DNA of 64,000 nucleotides from a virus: IMG/VR virus record IMGVR_UViG_3300028653_000010; one strand, 5' to 3'. Shown piece by piece: positions 36,611 to 46,460 of this stretch (position 1 is its first letter; each line of letters starts with the position of its first letter). The notes under the pieces were generated by a model. It saw only the letters and a program-made list of their open reading frames with translations, ran no database searches and was not told where the DNA came from. The position numbers and the translations under genes were made by a program.

Positions 36611-37162
36611 ATGGCATCCTGCGTTGAATGGTACTTGGATCAGATCTCGGAAGCGGAGCTGGTCGATGATTGCACTGACCCTGTTCTACGGGGGCGCATC
36701 CAGTGGTACATCGACTTCCTGATGGCTCAATCGGGGCCGTCGCATACGAGTCGCGAGGTGAAGCGAAGCATACTGAACGAGTACTTGTTCAGTCGTGAGG
36801 GTAGGGGTCGGTATGTGATCGCGGTGGCCAAGCCAGCTCGGGTCAGGTACGAGCACTATCGTGAAATACTAGAAACACGTTCACAGTTCTTCGATTGGAC
36901 CTGGAATAAGTTCTTGAAGAACCTTGAGGGGTTCACTATCGAGCACGAGAACTTCTTCTCTATACTTCCGGATGACGAGCGGTTCACCCCTGCGGTCTGC
37001 GAGCTACGGGAGTTGGTGGCGCTTGAGTATGTTCTCTACCAGAATGCGATTGAAGCTTGTGCTAACCTTGACCGTGATGCGCAGATTCGTGGGACTGGGG
37101 TGGCAGCTTTCGACCAGTTACCCTTGAGTATTCTTCCTCCTGACGGTCCATTCAAGTACTGA
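36611..37162 (+). CDS. hypothetical protein (183 aa); paralog of 38489..38992
   Basis: WYLDQISEAELVDDCTDPVLRGRIQWYIDF and DWTWNKF...ENFFSILPDDERF align with the paralog. Confidence 0.5.
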   Translation: MASCVEWYLDQISEAELVDDCTDPVLRGRIQWYIDFLMAQSGPSHTSREVKRSILNEYLFSREGRGRYVIAVAKPARVRYEHYREILETRSQFFDWTWNKFLKNLEGFTIEHENFFSILPDDERFTPAVCELRELVALEYVLYQNAIEACANLDRDAQIRGTGVAAFDQLPLSILPPDGPFKY

Positions 37163-37186
37163 AAGTACTTATACTTTCCTGACGGT

Positions 37187-38464
37187 ATGTTCGACCTGAT
37201 TGCTCGCAATGTCGCCCGACGTTATGCGGCAGTGATAGACCAGAAGACTCTCGATAAGTGGGCAAAAGACCTCAAGATCATGACCAAGATCTATCGGGAC
37301 ATCCCCTTGGATTATGAGTGGGATGACACTGCAGGGCGCGAGAAGGGGTATGAGCACTTCAATGAGGCGCAGAAGCTGTTTCGCACCTTTCGGGACGGGT
37401 TTGAGGCTTGGGTATACAAGGTCATACTGCCCAAGATGGACAAGGAAGAGGCCCATCTCATCAAGGAGCTTCGCACGAGCACTTGGAACTTTATTCACGT
37501 GCTTAGGGACTTGTTTCCGACCCGATGGGATGGGAAAGACAGCCATACGGTAACATACAGCCCTGACCTAAATGAGTTGAAAAAGAAGCGCGAGGGGTGG
37601 ATCAAACGGTACCAAGTAGCGTTCACCAAGGTTTACAAGCAGCTGACTGAGTACATAGCCTCTCAGGGCGGGACGATGGTTCGCTATGATGCTGTGGACC
37701 ATCTTGAGGTAGCGGGCGTCCCTGTGACCATTGAAAACGTTGGTCGGAAGGAGGATGACGACTACGCTGCTGAGATCTTGAACCTATTGGGCAAGCACTT
37801 GAAGACGGTTCGGAGGGCTGGATTCTCGATAGCGCTTGATGGGTTGAATGTCCTGTTGAAGTTTGATACCCGTGAGTTCGATGTAGCAGGGATGTACAAT
37901 CCTTCGACAGATATACTTACCTTGTACCCACTGGGTATGCTAGCGGCCCCTGATGGGCATACCTTGATTCACGAGATCGGGCATCGGTTCTGGTTCAAGT
38001 GTCTTCCGGGGCAAGCTCGAACTGAGTGGGAAGAGATTCTCGGTGACCGAGGGGTGACTATCTCTGATAGGGACATAGAGCACTTCTACCGCATTGTTGT
38101 GGACAAGCTTCCAAAGGACTGGGCCTTCATGGATGCCAAGGACATACTGAACTTGACTCTACCTGCTGCAAAGAGTCGAGCTGATGAGATCAAGTTCAGG
38201 GAGCTTTCTGAGACCTACATCAGGTCTATCAGTGCTAAGCCTAGTGAGCCTTTTGATCCGGATGACTACCTACGTCGCCTCAAATTCAAGGACAAAGAAG
38301 TAGTTCAAGTTGAGGAGATCTCTGACTATGGTGATACGGAGCCAATAGAGGGTTTTGCTGAGGCGTTCCGTCTGTGGGTGACGAAGGGGCCGCGGGCTCT
38401 CGGGCCTTTCACTCGAGAGCTATTCGTCCAAGTTTGCCAAGCGGGTGGCGCTCGGATTCGATAG
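37187..38464 (+). CDS. putative zinc metallopeptidase-like protein (425 aa; HExxH)
   Basis: ...DGHTLIHEIGHRFWF...EWEEI contains the HEIGH motif, with a Glu about 20 residues downstream. Confidence 0.45.
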   Translation: MFDLIARNVARRYAAVIDQKTLDKWAKDLKIMTKIYRDIPLDYEWDDTAGREKGYEHFNEAQKLFRTFRDGFEAWVYKVILPKMDKEEAHLIKELRTSTWNFIHVLRDLFPTRWDGKDSHTVTYSPDLNELKKKREGWIKRYQVAFTKVYKQLTEYIASQGGTMVRYDAVDHLEVAGVPVTIENVGRKEDDDYAAEILNLLGKHLKTVRRAGFSIALDGLNVLLKFDTREFDVAGMYNPSTDILTLYPLGMLAAPDGHTLIHEIGHRFWFKCLPGQARTEWEEILGDRGVTISDRDIEHFYRIVVDKLPKDWAFMDAKDILNLTLPAAKSRADEIKFRELSETYIRSISAKPSEPFDPDDYLRRLKFKDKEVVQVEEISDYGDTEPIEGFAEAFRLWVTKGPRALGPFTRELFVQVCQAGGARIR

Positions 38465-38488
38465 TACTATCCATGGTGTAGGCAGAGT

Positions 38489-38992
38489 ATGGCCCCAGAT
38501 CTCAAGTGGTATCTGACTCAGCTTGAATCCTCGAACCTAGTGGACAGCTGTACTAAAGAGAGCATAAGGGCTCGGATTCAATTGTATATTGACCGTGAGG
38601 TGGATGGTCAATCTGAGCCGACGCACGTGACCAGGAGCCAGAAGCGCGAGATCTATCAAGCGTACCTGTTCAATGAGGAAGGGCGCGTGAAGTTTGCCCA
38701 GTCGATGGTTAGGCCAACTCACGATAGGTACCATGAGTATCAAATAATACTTGACAATCTGAGTCAGCCTATTGACTGGACCTGGGGTGAGGTCATCCAA
38801 GGCATCAGGGAAGTCATCATTGATACCGAGAACTTCCTCAGCATCTACCCTGAAGAGGAGCGGTTCATAGAGCCTTTGGGAAGTATCCGAGTTATTATGG
38901 AGCTCTTATACGGGGTCCATCGGGAGGCCTTATTCGCTTCAGCTGGAATGGACCTTGAAGCTATCATTCCTGGTACGGCTGTAGCAGAATAG
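38489..38992 (+). CDS. hypothetical protein (167 aa); paralog of 36611..37162
   Basis: Aligns throughout with its paralog. Confidence 0.5.
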   Translation: MAPDLKWYLTQLESSNLVDSCTKESIRARIQLYIDREVDGQSEPTHVTRSQKREIYQAYLFNEEGRVKFAQSMVRPTHDRYHEYQIILDNLSQPIDWTWGEVIQGIREVIIDTENFLSIYPEEERFIEPLGSIRVIMELLYGVHREALFASAGMDLEAIIPGTAVAE

Positions 38993-39041
38993 GATCGGTT
39001 CCCCCTAGACAGGTCATCTTCCACGGTGTAACCAGTCACCT

Positions 39042-39536
39042 ATGGCTGTTGACACGGTTTGGGATACTGCACAGGGCCTATTGACTTCATTGAACGCGTA
39101 TCAATCCGTGCGCCCCGAGGTATCGATAGGGTACGCGGATGGTCGAGTTCCTGAGCCCACCTTGACCTGGGTGGCGTCTGAGGAGGGGGCGATACGTCAG
39201 ACGTGGTCGATACCACTTCGATTGTTTGAATCGACCCTGAGCATGGTACGGGATAGGTCTAGTCAAGAGAGTCGTAAGGAGCTCTGGAATCGGATTCAAG
39301 CCCTTAAGAACAACCCGATTCGAGTGCTTGACTTGAGGGCTCGAAGCGGATCAGTCCGTAGTTCGGATCCGCTCGTATCGTTTCTCTATACCTTGATGCG
39401 GGACCACATGACCCCGGGTGAGGTGGAAGCCATCCTCCAAGAGGACGTAGAGAAGTGTGCTGGGAAAGAAGTGGAATACTCGAACGGGTGGCTAGCCAAC
39501 TATGCAAAGGACCTGGCCAAGCGCTTGACGGTGTAG
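39042..39536 (+). CDS. hypothetical protein (164 aa)
   Basis: ORF track. Confidence 0.4.
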   Translation: MAVDTVWDTAQGLLTSLNAYQSVRPEVSIGYADGRVPEPTLTWVASEEGAIRQTWSIPLRLFESTLSMVRDRSSQESRKELWNRIQALKNNPIRVLDLRARSGSVRSSDPLVSFLYTLMRDHMTPGEVEAILQEDVEKCAGKEVEYSNGWLANYAKDLAKRLTV

Positions 39537-39544
39537 GTATTGGC

Positions 39545-39817
39545 ATGGCTGACGATAAAGAGAACCCAAACAGGGCCACCTACAAGGGGGAAGTGGTTGA
39601 TGGTCAGGTCACACTGACTTCAGTTCAGTACCCCTCCGAGTTCGTGGGCGAAGATGGAAATGTTGCTATGACCTGCGAACCTGTTGAGGTTGTTCATGAG
39701 TACCCGTTTGCTACTTCACCCTTCTGTGATGAGCCTCGGCCTCCTGAGATCGCTCGGGACGTCACGGTGATGCATAAAACGGTTGGTGGTCGTGGCGTGG
39801 TGGGTAGGATTAAGTAA
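39545..39817 (+). CDS. hypothetical protein (~90 aa from the internal ATG)
   Basis: ORF track 39455..39817, trimmed to the ATG after the upstream stop. Confidence 0.35.
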   Translation: MADDKENPNRATYKGEVVDGQVTLTSVQYPSEFVGEDGNVAMTCEPVEVVHEYPFATSPFCDEPRPPEIARDVTVMHKTVGGRGVVGRIK

Positions 39818-39820
39818 GTC

Positions 39821-40243
39821 ATGTTGATTCAACTTTCAGGCAAGTTTATCATTGATCCTGGTCAGTACTCTCATCGAGTTGTAGTAGAGCTGGAGACCAG
39901 GGACGGTTCCACTAGGGATAACCATCCTGAGTGTGGAGTGTTCTCTGGTCAATATGATGGATTTGAAGAGACTAAAGAGATGAATCAGCGGGTTGCTGTT
40001 CTATCTGTTCATGAGGATACTCCTTGGATCCAACGGTTCGAACTCTGTGCTCCTAATCGCTCTCAACCGAGTCGATGCAGTAGGTACCACTATGTGGCTA
40101 TTGGCTGGCATGGTGGGGTTTATATAGCTTACCCTGTCCCTACTGAGATCTTACTTGAGGACTCGGCTGGGTCTTGGAGCGTATCCGTAGGGCGAGGCAC
40201 TGGGGTGACAGTGCTCATGCCTGACTATTCACCGTGGAACTAG
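39821..40243 (+). CDS. hypothetical protein (140 aa)
   Basis: ORF track. Confidence 0.4.
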   Translation: MLIQLSGKFIIDPGQYSHRVVVELETRDGSTRDNHPECGVFSGQYDGFEETKEMNQRVAVLSVHEDTPWIQRFELCAPNRSQPSRCSRYHYVAIGWHGGVYIAYPVPTEILLEDSAGSWSVSVGRGTGVTVLMPDYSPWN

Positions 40244-40420
40244 ATGGGTAACCACCATGAGAAGTAAAGCATCTACCGAGACTGACCAGAAGTTTGCTCA
40301 ATTACTCCTGGATACCGTTGACAATCAGTCTAAGAGGCGCTGTTTGAAGCCTGACCCTGCAGATCTGATAGCAATTCAAAAACTATTTGGGGTGGAGCTC
40401 AAAGGGAAGCGAAAGTAGCA

Positions 40421-41221
40421 ATGCTTGATAAGCTGGTCTATGACCCAGAGGATGGGTACTACGATGAGAATGGGGTCGTCTGGGCTACTCGGGCGGCTTA
40501 CCTCAAGCAAGGTGTTCTACCCCTCTGTGACTGCGGGGACTCGGATGCGATCCTCCGGTACATCGTCGAGATGTTTAGACTCCATGTTGGGCAGTCGACA
40601 TGGGATACCAACAGGTACGAGGACATGCCCACGATGTTCTTCCTCTCATGGGCCAGCAACCAGGACTACATCGAGCATGGGGCGACAATTCGTTGCTCCT
40701 GGATTACCTCCAAGGGTGAGGAGCTTCTCAAGGACATCGAGACCGTGCTCAGTGAAGGTGTAGTGTACCCCATGATTGAACATCTGGATGCAAACCAAAT
40801 ACGAGAGCTCCAAACAAAGATTGAGAAGGCTCATGAGGAGATGCTAATCAATCAACACAAGGAGTCTCAGATCCGTGATCTTGAGAATACAAGCCATGTG
40901 TTGGTTGAGTTGAAGCAAACCTGGAATGGCTTAGTTCAAGAAGCTGCATCCGATCAGTTATCGTCCTATCGTGGGGTTGTACTAGCTAAGGTCAAGATAC
41001 CAGAGGACTTCTTTTTGCCAAGCCTGGGAGAACTGATCAGCTCGATAAGAGCTGATGGATTTCAATGTGAACTGATCTCATCTGGTAGACTGACCTCACC
41101 TACTTTAGTAATGGATGGGGGGTCTCGCTTCTATCTGAAGGAAGGCACCCCTGAACTTTACTGTGGGTCAGGGCCTCGCATTGAGAAATTACTAGTCGCC
41201 TCGTGGATACCATTGCCGTGA
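40421..41221 (+). CDS. hypothetical protein (266 aa)
   Basis: ORF track. Confidence 0.45.
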   Translation: MLDKLVYDPEDGYYDENGVVWATRAAYLKQGVLPLCDCGDSDAILRYIVEMFRLHVGQSTWDTNRYEDMPTMFFLSWASNQDYIEHGATIRCSWITSKGEELLKDIETVLSEGVVYPMIEHLDANQIRELQTKIEKAHEEMLINQHKESQIRDLENTSHVLVELKQTWNGLVQEAASDQLSSYRGVVLAKVKIPEDFFLPSLGELISSIRADGFQCELISSGRLTSPTLVMDGGSRFYLKEGTPELYCGSGPRIEKLLVASWIPLP

Positions 41222-41224
41222 TGT

Positions 41225-41482
41225 CTAGTCCTGAGACCCAGGACCCAAAACCACGCACCGAATGAATTCAGGTCCATTGTCAACATCACTCTCGGTCCAC
41301 CCATGCTCTTCCAGCTCTGGGGTTAAGTGATGTAAGCGAGCCTCATGGTCATCGTTGAAGACGAAGTTGTCGTCGATATCACCCAACTTGTCGTAACCAT
41401 TACCCTCTTCATCTTGGGCGAGTACAACCAACAGCTCAGGGTCAAGCTTCGATAGGGCTTCAATCAGGTCTTTGACTCTCAT
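41225..41482 (-). CDS. hypothetical acidic protein (85 aa)
   Basis: ORF track. Confidence 0.4.
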   Translation of the reverse strand: MRVKDLIEALSKLDPELLVVLAQDEEGNGYDKLGDIDDNFVFNDDHEARLHHLTPELEEHGWTESDVDNGPEFIRCVVLGPGSQD

Positions 41483-41494
41483 AGTGACCCGAGG

Positions 41495-42265
41495 TTACAC
41501 CTTGTGCTTGAGGACTTCAATTCTATCGTGGGTCTTCTGAATGGTCTCAGGGCTCATGTAGTCCAGGTTGATCTTGAGCTGAGTCCGTAGTGACTCGAGT
41601 TCGAGTCGTGCGAGGTACTTCTTCTCGGCGGGGGCGCTACGGGGCTTGATGAGGTACTGGACTGTTGGGCCTAGCTTGCGCTTACCCACAATGGTTCCCG
41701 TTGGTGTCTCGGTACCGATTGGGGTTGTTTTCAGAACGAAGGTGGGTTGTGGATCCTTGTCCCATCCTCGTCCTTCGATTCGGGCGCCTTCCTCTTGGAT
41801 GTGGCAGCCGGGCTTCCACGGCTTGTCGGTATCTTCTTTGGGGATACGCTCAGGCTTCTTTAGCTTTCCGTTCTTATCCAAGTAGGTGACTTCGACGGTT
41901 GCATCGAGGTATCGTTGTCTGACCCTACGCGCCTGCTCTCGCTTGTAGGTGTCATCCCACTCTTGGAACAACCGAGTCAGGCTGACCTTCTCATCCTTCT
42001 TGGGGCCGAGAGCTATCGAGATACTCCGAGTCAGGCTACTAGGACCCCCTTGATAGATAGGGCCAGTGACATCATAATCGCACTCCCGGATGGCATCTAT
42101 GAAGGCTGGCCAGTTGTCCCCCTGGGAGGGCATGTGCTCTGCGCGCTCGACCAGTTCCTTGACTACCGGATCGTGGGTCATACTGGGTAGGTCCTCATAG
42201 GTAGAAGTTTCAGGTGATCCGTTTGGGAGTACCAAACTCTGGGACGGTATAGGATTCCTCTGCAT
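41495..42265 (-). CDS. hypothetical protein (256 aa)
   Basis: ORF track. Confidence 0.45.
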   Translation of the reverse strand: MQRNPIPSQSLVLPNGSPETSTYEDLPSMTHDPVVKELVERAEHMPSQGDNWPAFIDAIRECDYDVTGPIYQGGPSSLTRSISIALGPKKDEKVSLTRLFQEWDDTYKREQARRVRQRYLDATVEVTYLDKNGKLKKPERIPKEDTDKPWKPGCHIQEEGARIEGRGWDKDPQPTFVLKTTPIGTETPTGTIVGKRKLGPTVQYLIKPRSAPAEKKYLARLELESLRTQLKINLDYMSPETIQKTHDRIEVLKHKV

Positions 42266-42357
42266 CAGAAGGGGTGAGCCTTGAAGCGCTGGCCCAATGA
42301 AGGAAGACTTCCCCTCGGTCGGTTACAATAATGGCGGTGGTCATGCTACCCTGTGGC

Positions 42358-42663
42358 CTATTGCTTCGAGACTTCCTTGTAGGCCTTGTCGTAAAGGTGT
42401 TCTCGACCACTGCGCCAGCTCTCGAGGGTGCAGGCGTCGCACATCCAGTGGTAGTCTGACTTATGGTTGTTGTTCGCGTAGGCAGAGAGCCAGATGTACT
42501 TCTTGCAGGCCTCGAAGAACTCGTCATCAGTCATGGTAGCGAGCTTGTCGGCATACTCTTGACGAAGCGGGCCGTCATTGCTCTTACCGGGAATAGTGAC
42601 CTTGCCGTTTTCAAGTACCAGTTCAACACCACAGGCAAACAGACATCGTCGTTCAGTAGTCAT
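42358..42663 (-). CDS. hypothetical protein (101 aa)
   Basis: ORF track; promoter 42670-42698 abuts the ATG. Confidence 0.45.
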   Translation of the reverse strand: MTTERRCLFACGVELVLENGKVTIPGKSNDGPLRQEYADKLATMTDDEFFEACKKYIWLSAYANNNHKSDYHWMCDACTLESWRSGREHLYDKAYKEVSKQ

Positions 42664-42669
42664 GATTCG

Positions 42670-42698
42670 TATTACGCGCGAGGATGACGATTCTCAAC
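42670..42698 (-). promoter_or_regulatory. consensus leaderless promoter
   Basis: tattacgcgcgaggatgacgattctcaac. Confidence 0.55.
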
Positions 42699-42711
42699 CT
42701 AAAACTGGCCA

Positions 42712-43059
42712 TTGTCCAGCTTGACTTGGAATAGCCGTTTCTGGTATGGCTGTCACACCATGATGTTCATAGTGACCGGACCTGTAAATTCAAAAGAACA
42801 ACGGATGGTACTCATCGAAGCGCCGACTATTGACGCTGCTGCTCTTGGGGCCGGGGCTCACCTCGGGATTGAGGTAGACGGTCACGCCCAGATAGTAGAC
42901 TTCAGGTTTGCTGATTCAGCTCGTGAGTACCGTTACATACGGGGTACAGAGGTTTCTGGGGACTACGAGTACTACAAGATCACCCCCAAAGTGACGGTTC
43001 AGGTGAACGGTGATGGGGTTATCCTTGCCGAACCAGGGGTAGCATGCCCTCAGCAGTAG
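42712..43059 (+). CDS. hypothetical protein (115 aa); paralog of 43710..43985
   Basis: FIVTGPVN...VLIEAPTIDAAALGAG...VDGHAQIVDFRFADSAREYRYIRG aligns with FLVTGPKG...VLVVEASTVDVAAVGVG...ADGQVVIADFGDPNSPREYQYVRT. Confidence 0.45.
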   Translation: MSSLTWNSRFWYGCHTMMFIVTGPVNSKEQRMVLIEAPTIDAAALGAGAHLGIEVDGHAQIVDFRFADSAREYRYIRGTEVSGDYEYYKITPKVTVQVNGDGVILAEPGVACPQQ

Positions 43060-43295
43060 ATAAGAGACGGTTGGACGATGGTGCACGGGCAAAGGCGCGC
43101 GGGGAAGCTAACCCAGACAACCTGAATGATCTCATATCATTACGAGACGAGCTCCACTCGGCTATCTGTGCTCTTCAGTCTCTAGACGACCTCGGGAGCG
43201 AGGAAGCGAACCAAGCTGCGTGGGATGACATGACCTTGCTTCAGGGGCGGTATGACAAAGTGGTGTCTAGGATCAAGGAGTTGAAGAAGCCATGA
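43044..43295 (+). CDS. hypothetical protein (83 aa)
   Basis: ORF track; it lies in an overlapping gene chain. Confidence 0.35.
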   Translation: MPSAVDKRRLDDGARAKARGEANPDNLNDLISLRDELHSAICALQSLDDLGSEEANQAAWDDMTLLQGRYDKVVSRIKELKKP

Positions 43296-43507
43296 GTTAC
43301 GAAATTCGGTACACGGACAAGTATACAGGTAAGCGTGAGGTTCACACGTATCGTGGTAACGATGCTGGGGCAGAGGGCTGGGCAAGGTCTCTGGCTCAGA
43401 GTCATAGTTGCAAGGCTGAAGCTGTCCACGTCTCAGATGGGCCCTACGACTTCTCGGGGACGGTAACTCACCTTGTCACGGTGGGTGATGATCACAAGAA
43501 ACCATGA
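43292..43507 (+). CDS. hypothetical protein (71 aa)
   Basis: ORF track; ATGA overlaps. Confidence 0.35.
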   Translation: MSYEIRYTDKYTGKREVHTYRGNDAGAEGWARSLAQSHSCKAEAVHVSDGPYDFSGTVTHLVTVGDDHKKP

Positions 43508-43713
43508 GTCGACCAAGTGCCGGGGAGCTCGAGACCTTCATCGTCACGGACCGTACCGGGGCGCCCCCTGAAGCGATTGAACTCTTCACGAGTGAAAACG
43601 GTGACGGAGTACCAACCGCGATAGCTCACCACCCAGAAGCGGGATGGTTCGTGATTCAAACGTCGGGTCAGGGTCCGTACATCATCTGGCCCGTTGAGGA
43701 GATAAAGTCGTGA
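43504..43713 (+). CDS. hypothetical protein (69 aa)
   Basis: ORF track; ATGA overlaps. Confidence 0.35.
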   Translation: MSRPSAGELETFIVTDRTGAPPEAIELFTSENGDGVPTAIAHHPEAGWFVIQTSGQGPYIIWPVEEIKS

Positions 43714-43985
43714 GTTTATTCTTAGTTACTGGGCCGAAAGGCCACATTGACTCTCAGGTTCTGGTAGTTGAAGCTTCGACGGTGGATGTGGCCGCTGTTG
43801 GGGTTGGCAATTTTATGGGTTTCCTGGCTGACGGTCAGGTGGTAATTGCGGACTTTGGTGACCCCAATTCCCCTCGTGAGTATCAGTACGTGCGCACGGT
43901 GAATGGTCAGGAGCATCTTGTTCACATGAATGTCCAGCCTACCAAGATCCTTCGCATTACTGGTGACGGGGGAGTACAGAGATGA
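43710..43985 (+). CDS. hypothetical protein (91 aa); paralog of 42712..43059
   Basis: See the paralog. Confidence 0.45.
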   Translation: MSLFLVTGPKGHIDSQVLVVEASTVDVAAVGVGNFMGFLADGQVVIADFGDPNSPREYQYVRTVNGQEHLVHMNVQPTKILRITGDGGVQR

Positions 43986-44734
43986 AAAGCGACACCCTAG
44001 AAGCGAGGATGCGCCGGCTTGAGTACTACCACTCATTGGAGGTTCTCCCCGATACTTACACGATCATCCGCGTTGATGGGCGGAGCTTTACGAAGCTGAC
44101 TCGTGGGATGGATCACCCATTTGACGTGAAGTTTCACGAGTCTATGGTCGAGACAGCGGCGATTCTCTTGGTCGAGCTTGGAGGGTTGTATGCGTTCACG
44201 GAGAGTGACGAGATTTCTGTTCTATTGCCTCGCGATACGGATCTATTTGGCCGCGAGGTGGAGAAGCTGGTGTCGGTCTCTGCAGGGATAGCTTCCTCGA
44301 CCTTCTCGATTCAACTAGGTCAGGCGGCTCACTTCGACAGTCGGTTATGGGTTGGGCCGTTGACATCCAATGTGCTGGACTACTTCCGTTGGAGGCAGCT
44401 GGACGCTTCCCGGTGCTGTATCAACTCCTGGTGCTACTGGACAATGAGGAGATCCGGGCATACCGCCAAGCAGGCGACGGAGGGGCTCGAAGGGGCCACC
44501 TTCTCTACCAAGAACGAAATACTGCACAAGAACGGGATCAACTTCAACAACGTTCCTCTATGGCAGAAGCGTGGGACCGGGCTCTATTGGCATGGTTTCG
44601 AGAAAACTGGATTCAACCCCAAGACCAAGACATCCAGTATTGCTCAAAGACGGAAGATCTACATCGACCGGAATCTACCCTATGGGGACGAATATGTTGA
44701 TCTTGTGACTCAAATACTGCAGAATCTCAAGTAG
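43982..44734 (+). CDS. Thg1-like protein (tRNA-His guanylyltransferase family, 3'-5' nucleotidyltransferase)
   Basis: LPDTYTIIRVDGRSFTKL...HPFDVKFHESMVETA...AFTESDEISVLL...DYFRWRQLDASRCCINS...KNEILHKNGINFNNVPLWQKRGTGLYW carries the hallmark Thg1/TLP motifs. Confidence 0.8.
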   Translation: MKSDTLEARMRRLEYYHSLEVLPDTYTIIRVDGRSFTKLTRGMDHPFDVKFHESMVETAAILLVELGGLYAFTESDEISVLLPRDTDLFGREVEKLVSVSAGIASSTFSIQLGQAAHFDSRLWVGPLTSNVLDYFRWRQLDASRCCINSWCYWTMRRSGHTAKQATEGLEGATFSTKNEILHKNGINFNNVPLWQKRGTGLYWHGFEKTGFNPKTKTSSIAQRRKIYIDRNLPYGDEYVDLVTQILQNLK

Positions 44735-44738
44735 TTCG

Positions 44739-45227
44739 ATGGATCTCATCATTCTTGTTGGCCTGCAGGCATCGGGAAAGAGCACCTTTCAAAAGGTGCT
44801 CTTTCCCGACTATGTCCTTGTGAGCAAGGACTTGATGACTCGTAGTCGCAAGAATCGGACTCCAAAGTCTGTGAGACAGACTCTGCTCATTCGGGAGGCT
44901 CTCGAGGCAGGGAAGTCCCTAGTAGTGGACAACACGAACCCGAGTGTTGAAGAACGGGCTGAGTTGGTAGCTCTGGCGCGTTACTACTCCGCACGGGTCA
45001 TCGTATACCATTTCAGATCCAATGTTCAGCAGTCTATGGAGAGGAATGCTCAACGGACAGGGAAGGCATTCGTCCCGCGCGTGGGCATCCTCATCACGGC
45101 TCAAAGGTTCGTGGACCCAACCCTGGCGGAAGGCTTTGACGAGCTCTACGAGGTGATGTGGGGCCCCCTTCAATACCACCTACTCAGAATCAGATCAACA
45201 CCTGGCCCTTCAAACCCCACCTACTGA
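44739..45227 (+). CDS. P-loop kinase (polynucleotide-kinase-like, AAA_33-type)
   Basis: Walker A ILVGLQASGKST, then LVVDNTN. It lies immediately downstream of Thg1-like. The last ~20 codons of the track ORF are read from the degenerate terminal CRISPR repeats, so the true C-terminus is uncertain. Confidence 0.6.
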   Translation: MDLIILVGLQASGKSTFQKVLFPDYVLVSKDLMTRSRKNRTPKSVRQTLLIREALEAGKSLVVDNTNPSVEERAELVALARYYSARVIVYHFRSNVQQSMERNAQRTGKAFVPRVGILITAQRFVDPTLAEGFDELYEVMWGPLQYHLLRIRSTPGPSNPTY

Positions 45228-46460
45228 TAATGGGGTCAGAACTTGGCTATTGCGGGTTGCTGGTCGTAGTCAATGCATCCTTCAAGCACCACCTACTCAG
45301 AATAGGATCAACCACGCATTTGGGCCGTTGTGCTCGAACTCTCCGACGAACCTTCAAGAACCACCTACTCATAATCGGATCAACACAAGAAGTCGACTAG
45401 CAATGGTTCCAATCGATAGATTGCCTTCAAACCCCACCTACTCAGAATCGAATCAACACCTATTGGCGAAAATTGACTATGCCAAGCGAGGCGACCTTCA
45501 AGAACCACCTACTCAGAATCGGATCAACACAATCCCACCCGCGCCGACATCCTAATGCTCGTGAGCCCCTTCAAACCCCACCTACTCATAATCGGATCAA
45601 CACGCGAAATCCGGCCCCCTTTTCCTCCCTTTGCCGAATCCTTCAAACCCCACCTACTCATAATCGGATCAACACGCGAGAACGGGCCACGTTGGCGTGT
45701 GGCTGACATAACCCTTCAAACCCCACCTACTCATAATCGGATCAACACAACCCTAGTCACTATGCGATGGGGCTAGCTAACGGCCCTTCAAGCACCACCT
45801 ACTCAGAATCGGATCAACACGTTCATGCCCGGCGTAACACCTTCATCGGGCTTGATCCCTTCAAGAACCACCTACTCATAATCGGATCAACACAACGCGC
45901 TAGCCAAGATTGACGGCCTCAAAATCGAACCTTCAAACCCCACCTACTCATAATCGGATCAACACCGTAAGTGAGGTCTACGGCGAGGCCGCTTGTCGGA
46001 TTCCTTCAAACCCCACCTACTCATAATCGGATCAACACCTGGACTCTGATGACCTGCCTTCAAACCCCACCTACTCATAATCGGATCAACACTGACCAAG
46101 TACCTGACCGAGTCCCAACCGAGTTCAGACCTTCAAACCCCACCTACTCATAATCGGATCAACACTCGAGATCAACGACATAACGTCGTTGTCGTCCTCG
46201 CCCCTTCAAACCCCACCTACTCATAATCGGATCAACACCGCCAAGTGCCGAGACGACCGGGAATAGCAGCGAGTCACCTTCAAACCCCACCTACTCATAA
46301 TCGGATCAACACCCCGCCTAGCCCTCCCAGAAGGGACTGACGAGCAACTCCCTTCAAACCCCACCTACTCATAATCGGATCAACACCTACGAATGCGTTG
46401 AGCACGCTTCTCTGCGTCGACAGTCCTTCAAACCCCACCTACTCATAATCGGATCAACAC
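45167..46460 (-). CRISPR. CRISPR array: 19 repeats of 35-37 nt, consensus on the plus strand CCTTCAAACCCCACCTACTCATAATCGGATCAACAC, with 17 spacers of 35-38 nt (one of 18 nt). The probable transcription sense is minus.
   Basis: Repeats were counted directly. The conserved repeats lie at the 46460 end, next to a ~225-bp leader, and the degenerate repeats at the 45167-45315 end. The adjacent cas-like genes are on the minus strand and read toward the array. Confidence 0.9.

Noticed and set aside
45158-46153. Six-frame ORFs lying inside the CRISPR array: 45158..45400, 45250..45555, 45473..45706, 45524..45709, 45555..45776 and 45971..46153
   Set aside because: Their peptide repeats (PPTHNRINT, KPHLLIIGST and similar) are simply translations of the 36-nt CRISPR repeat in different frames.
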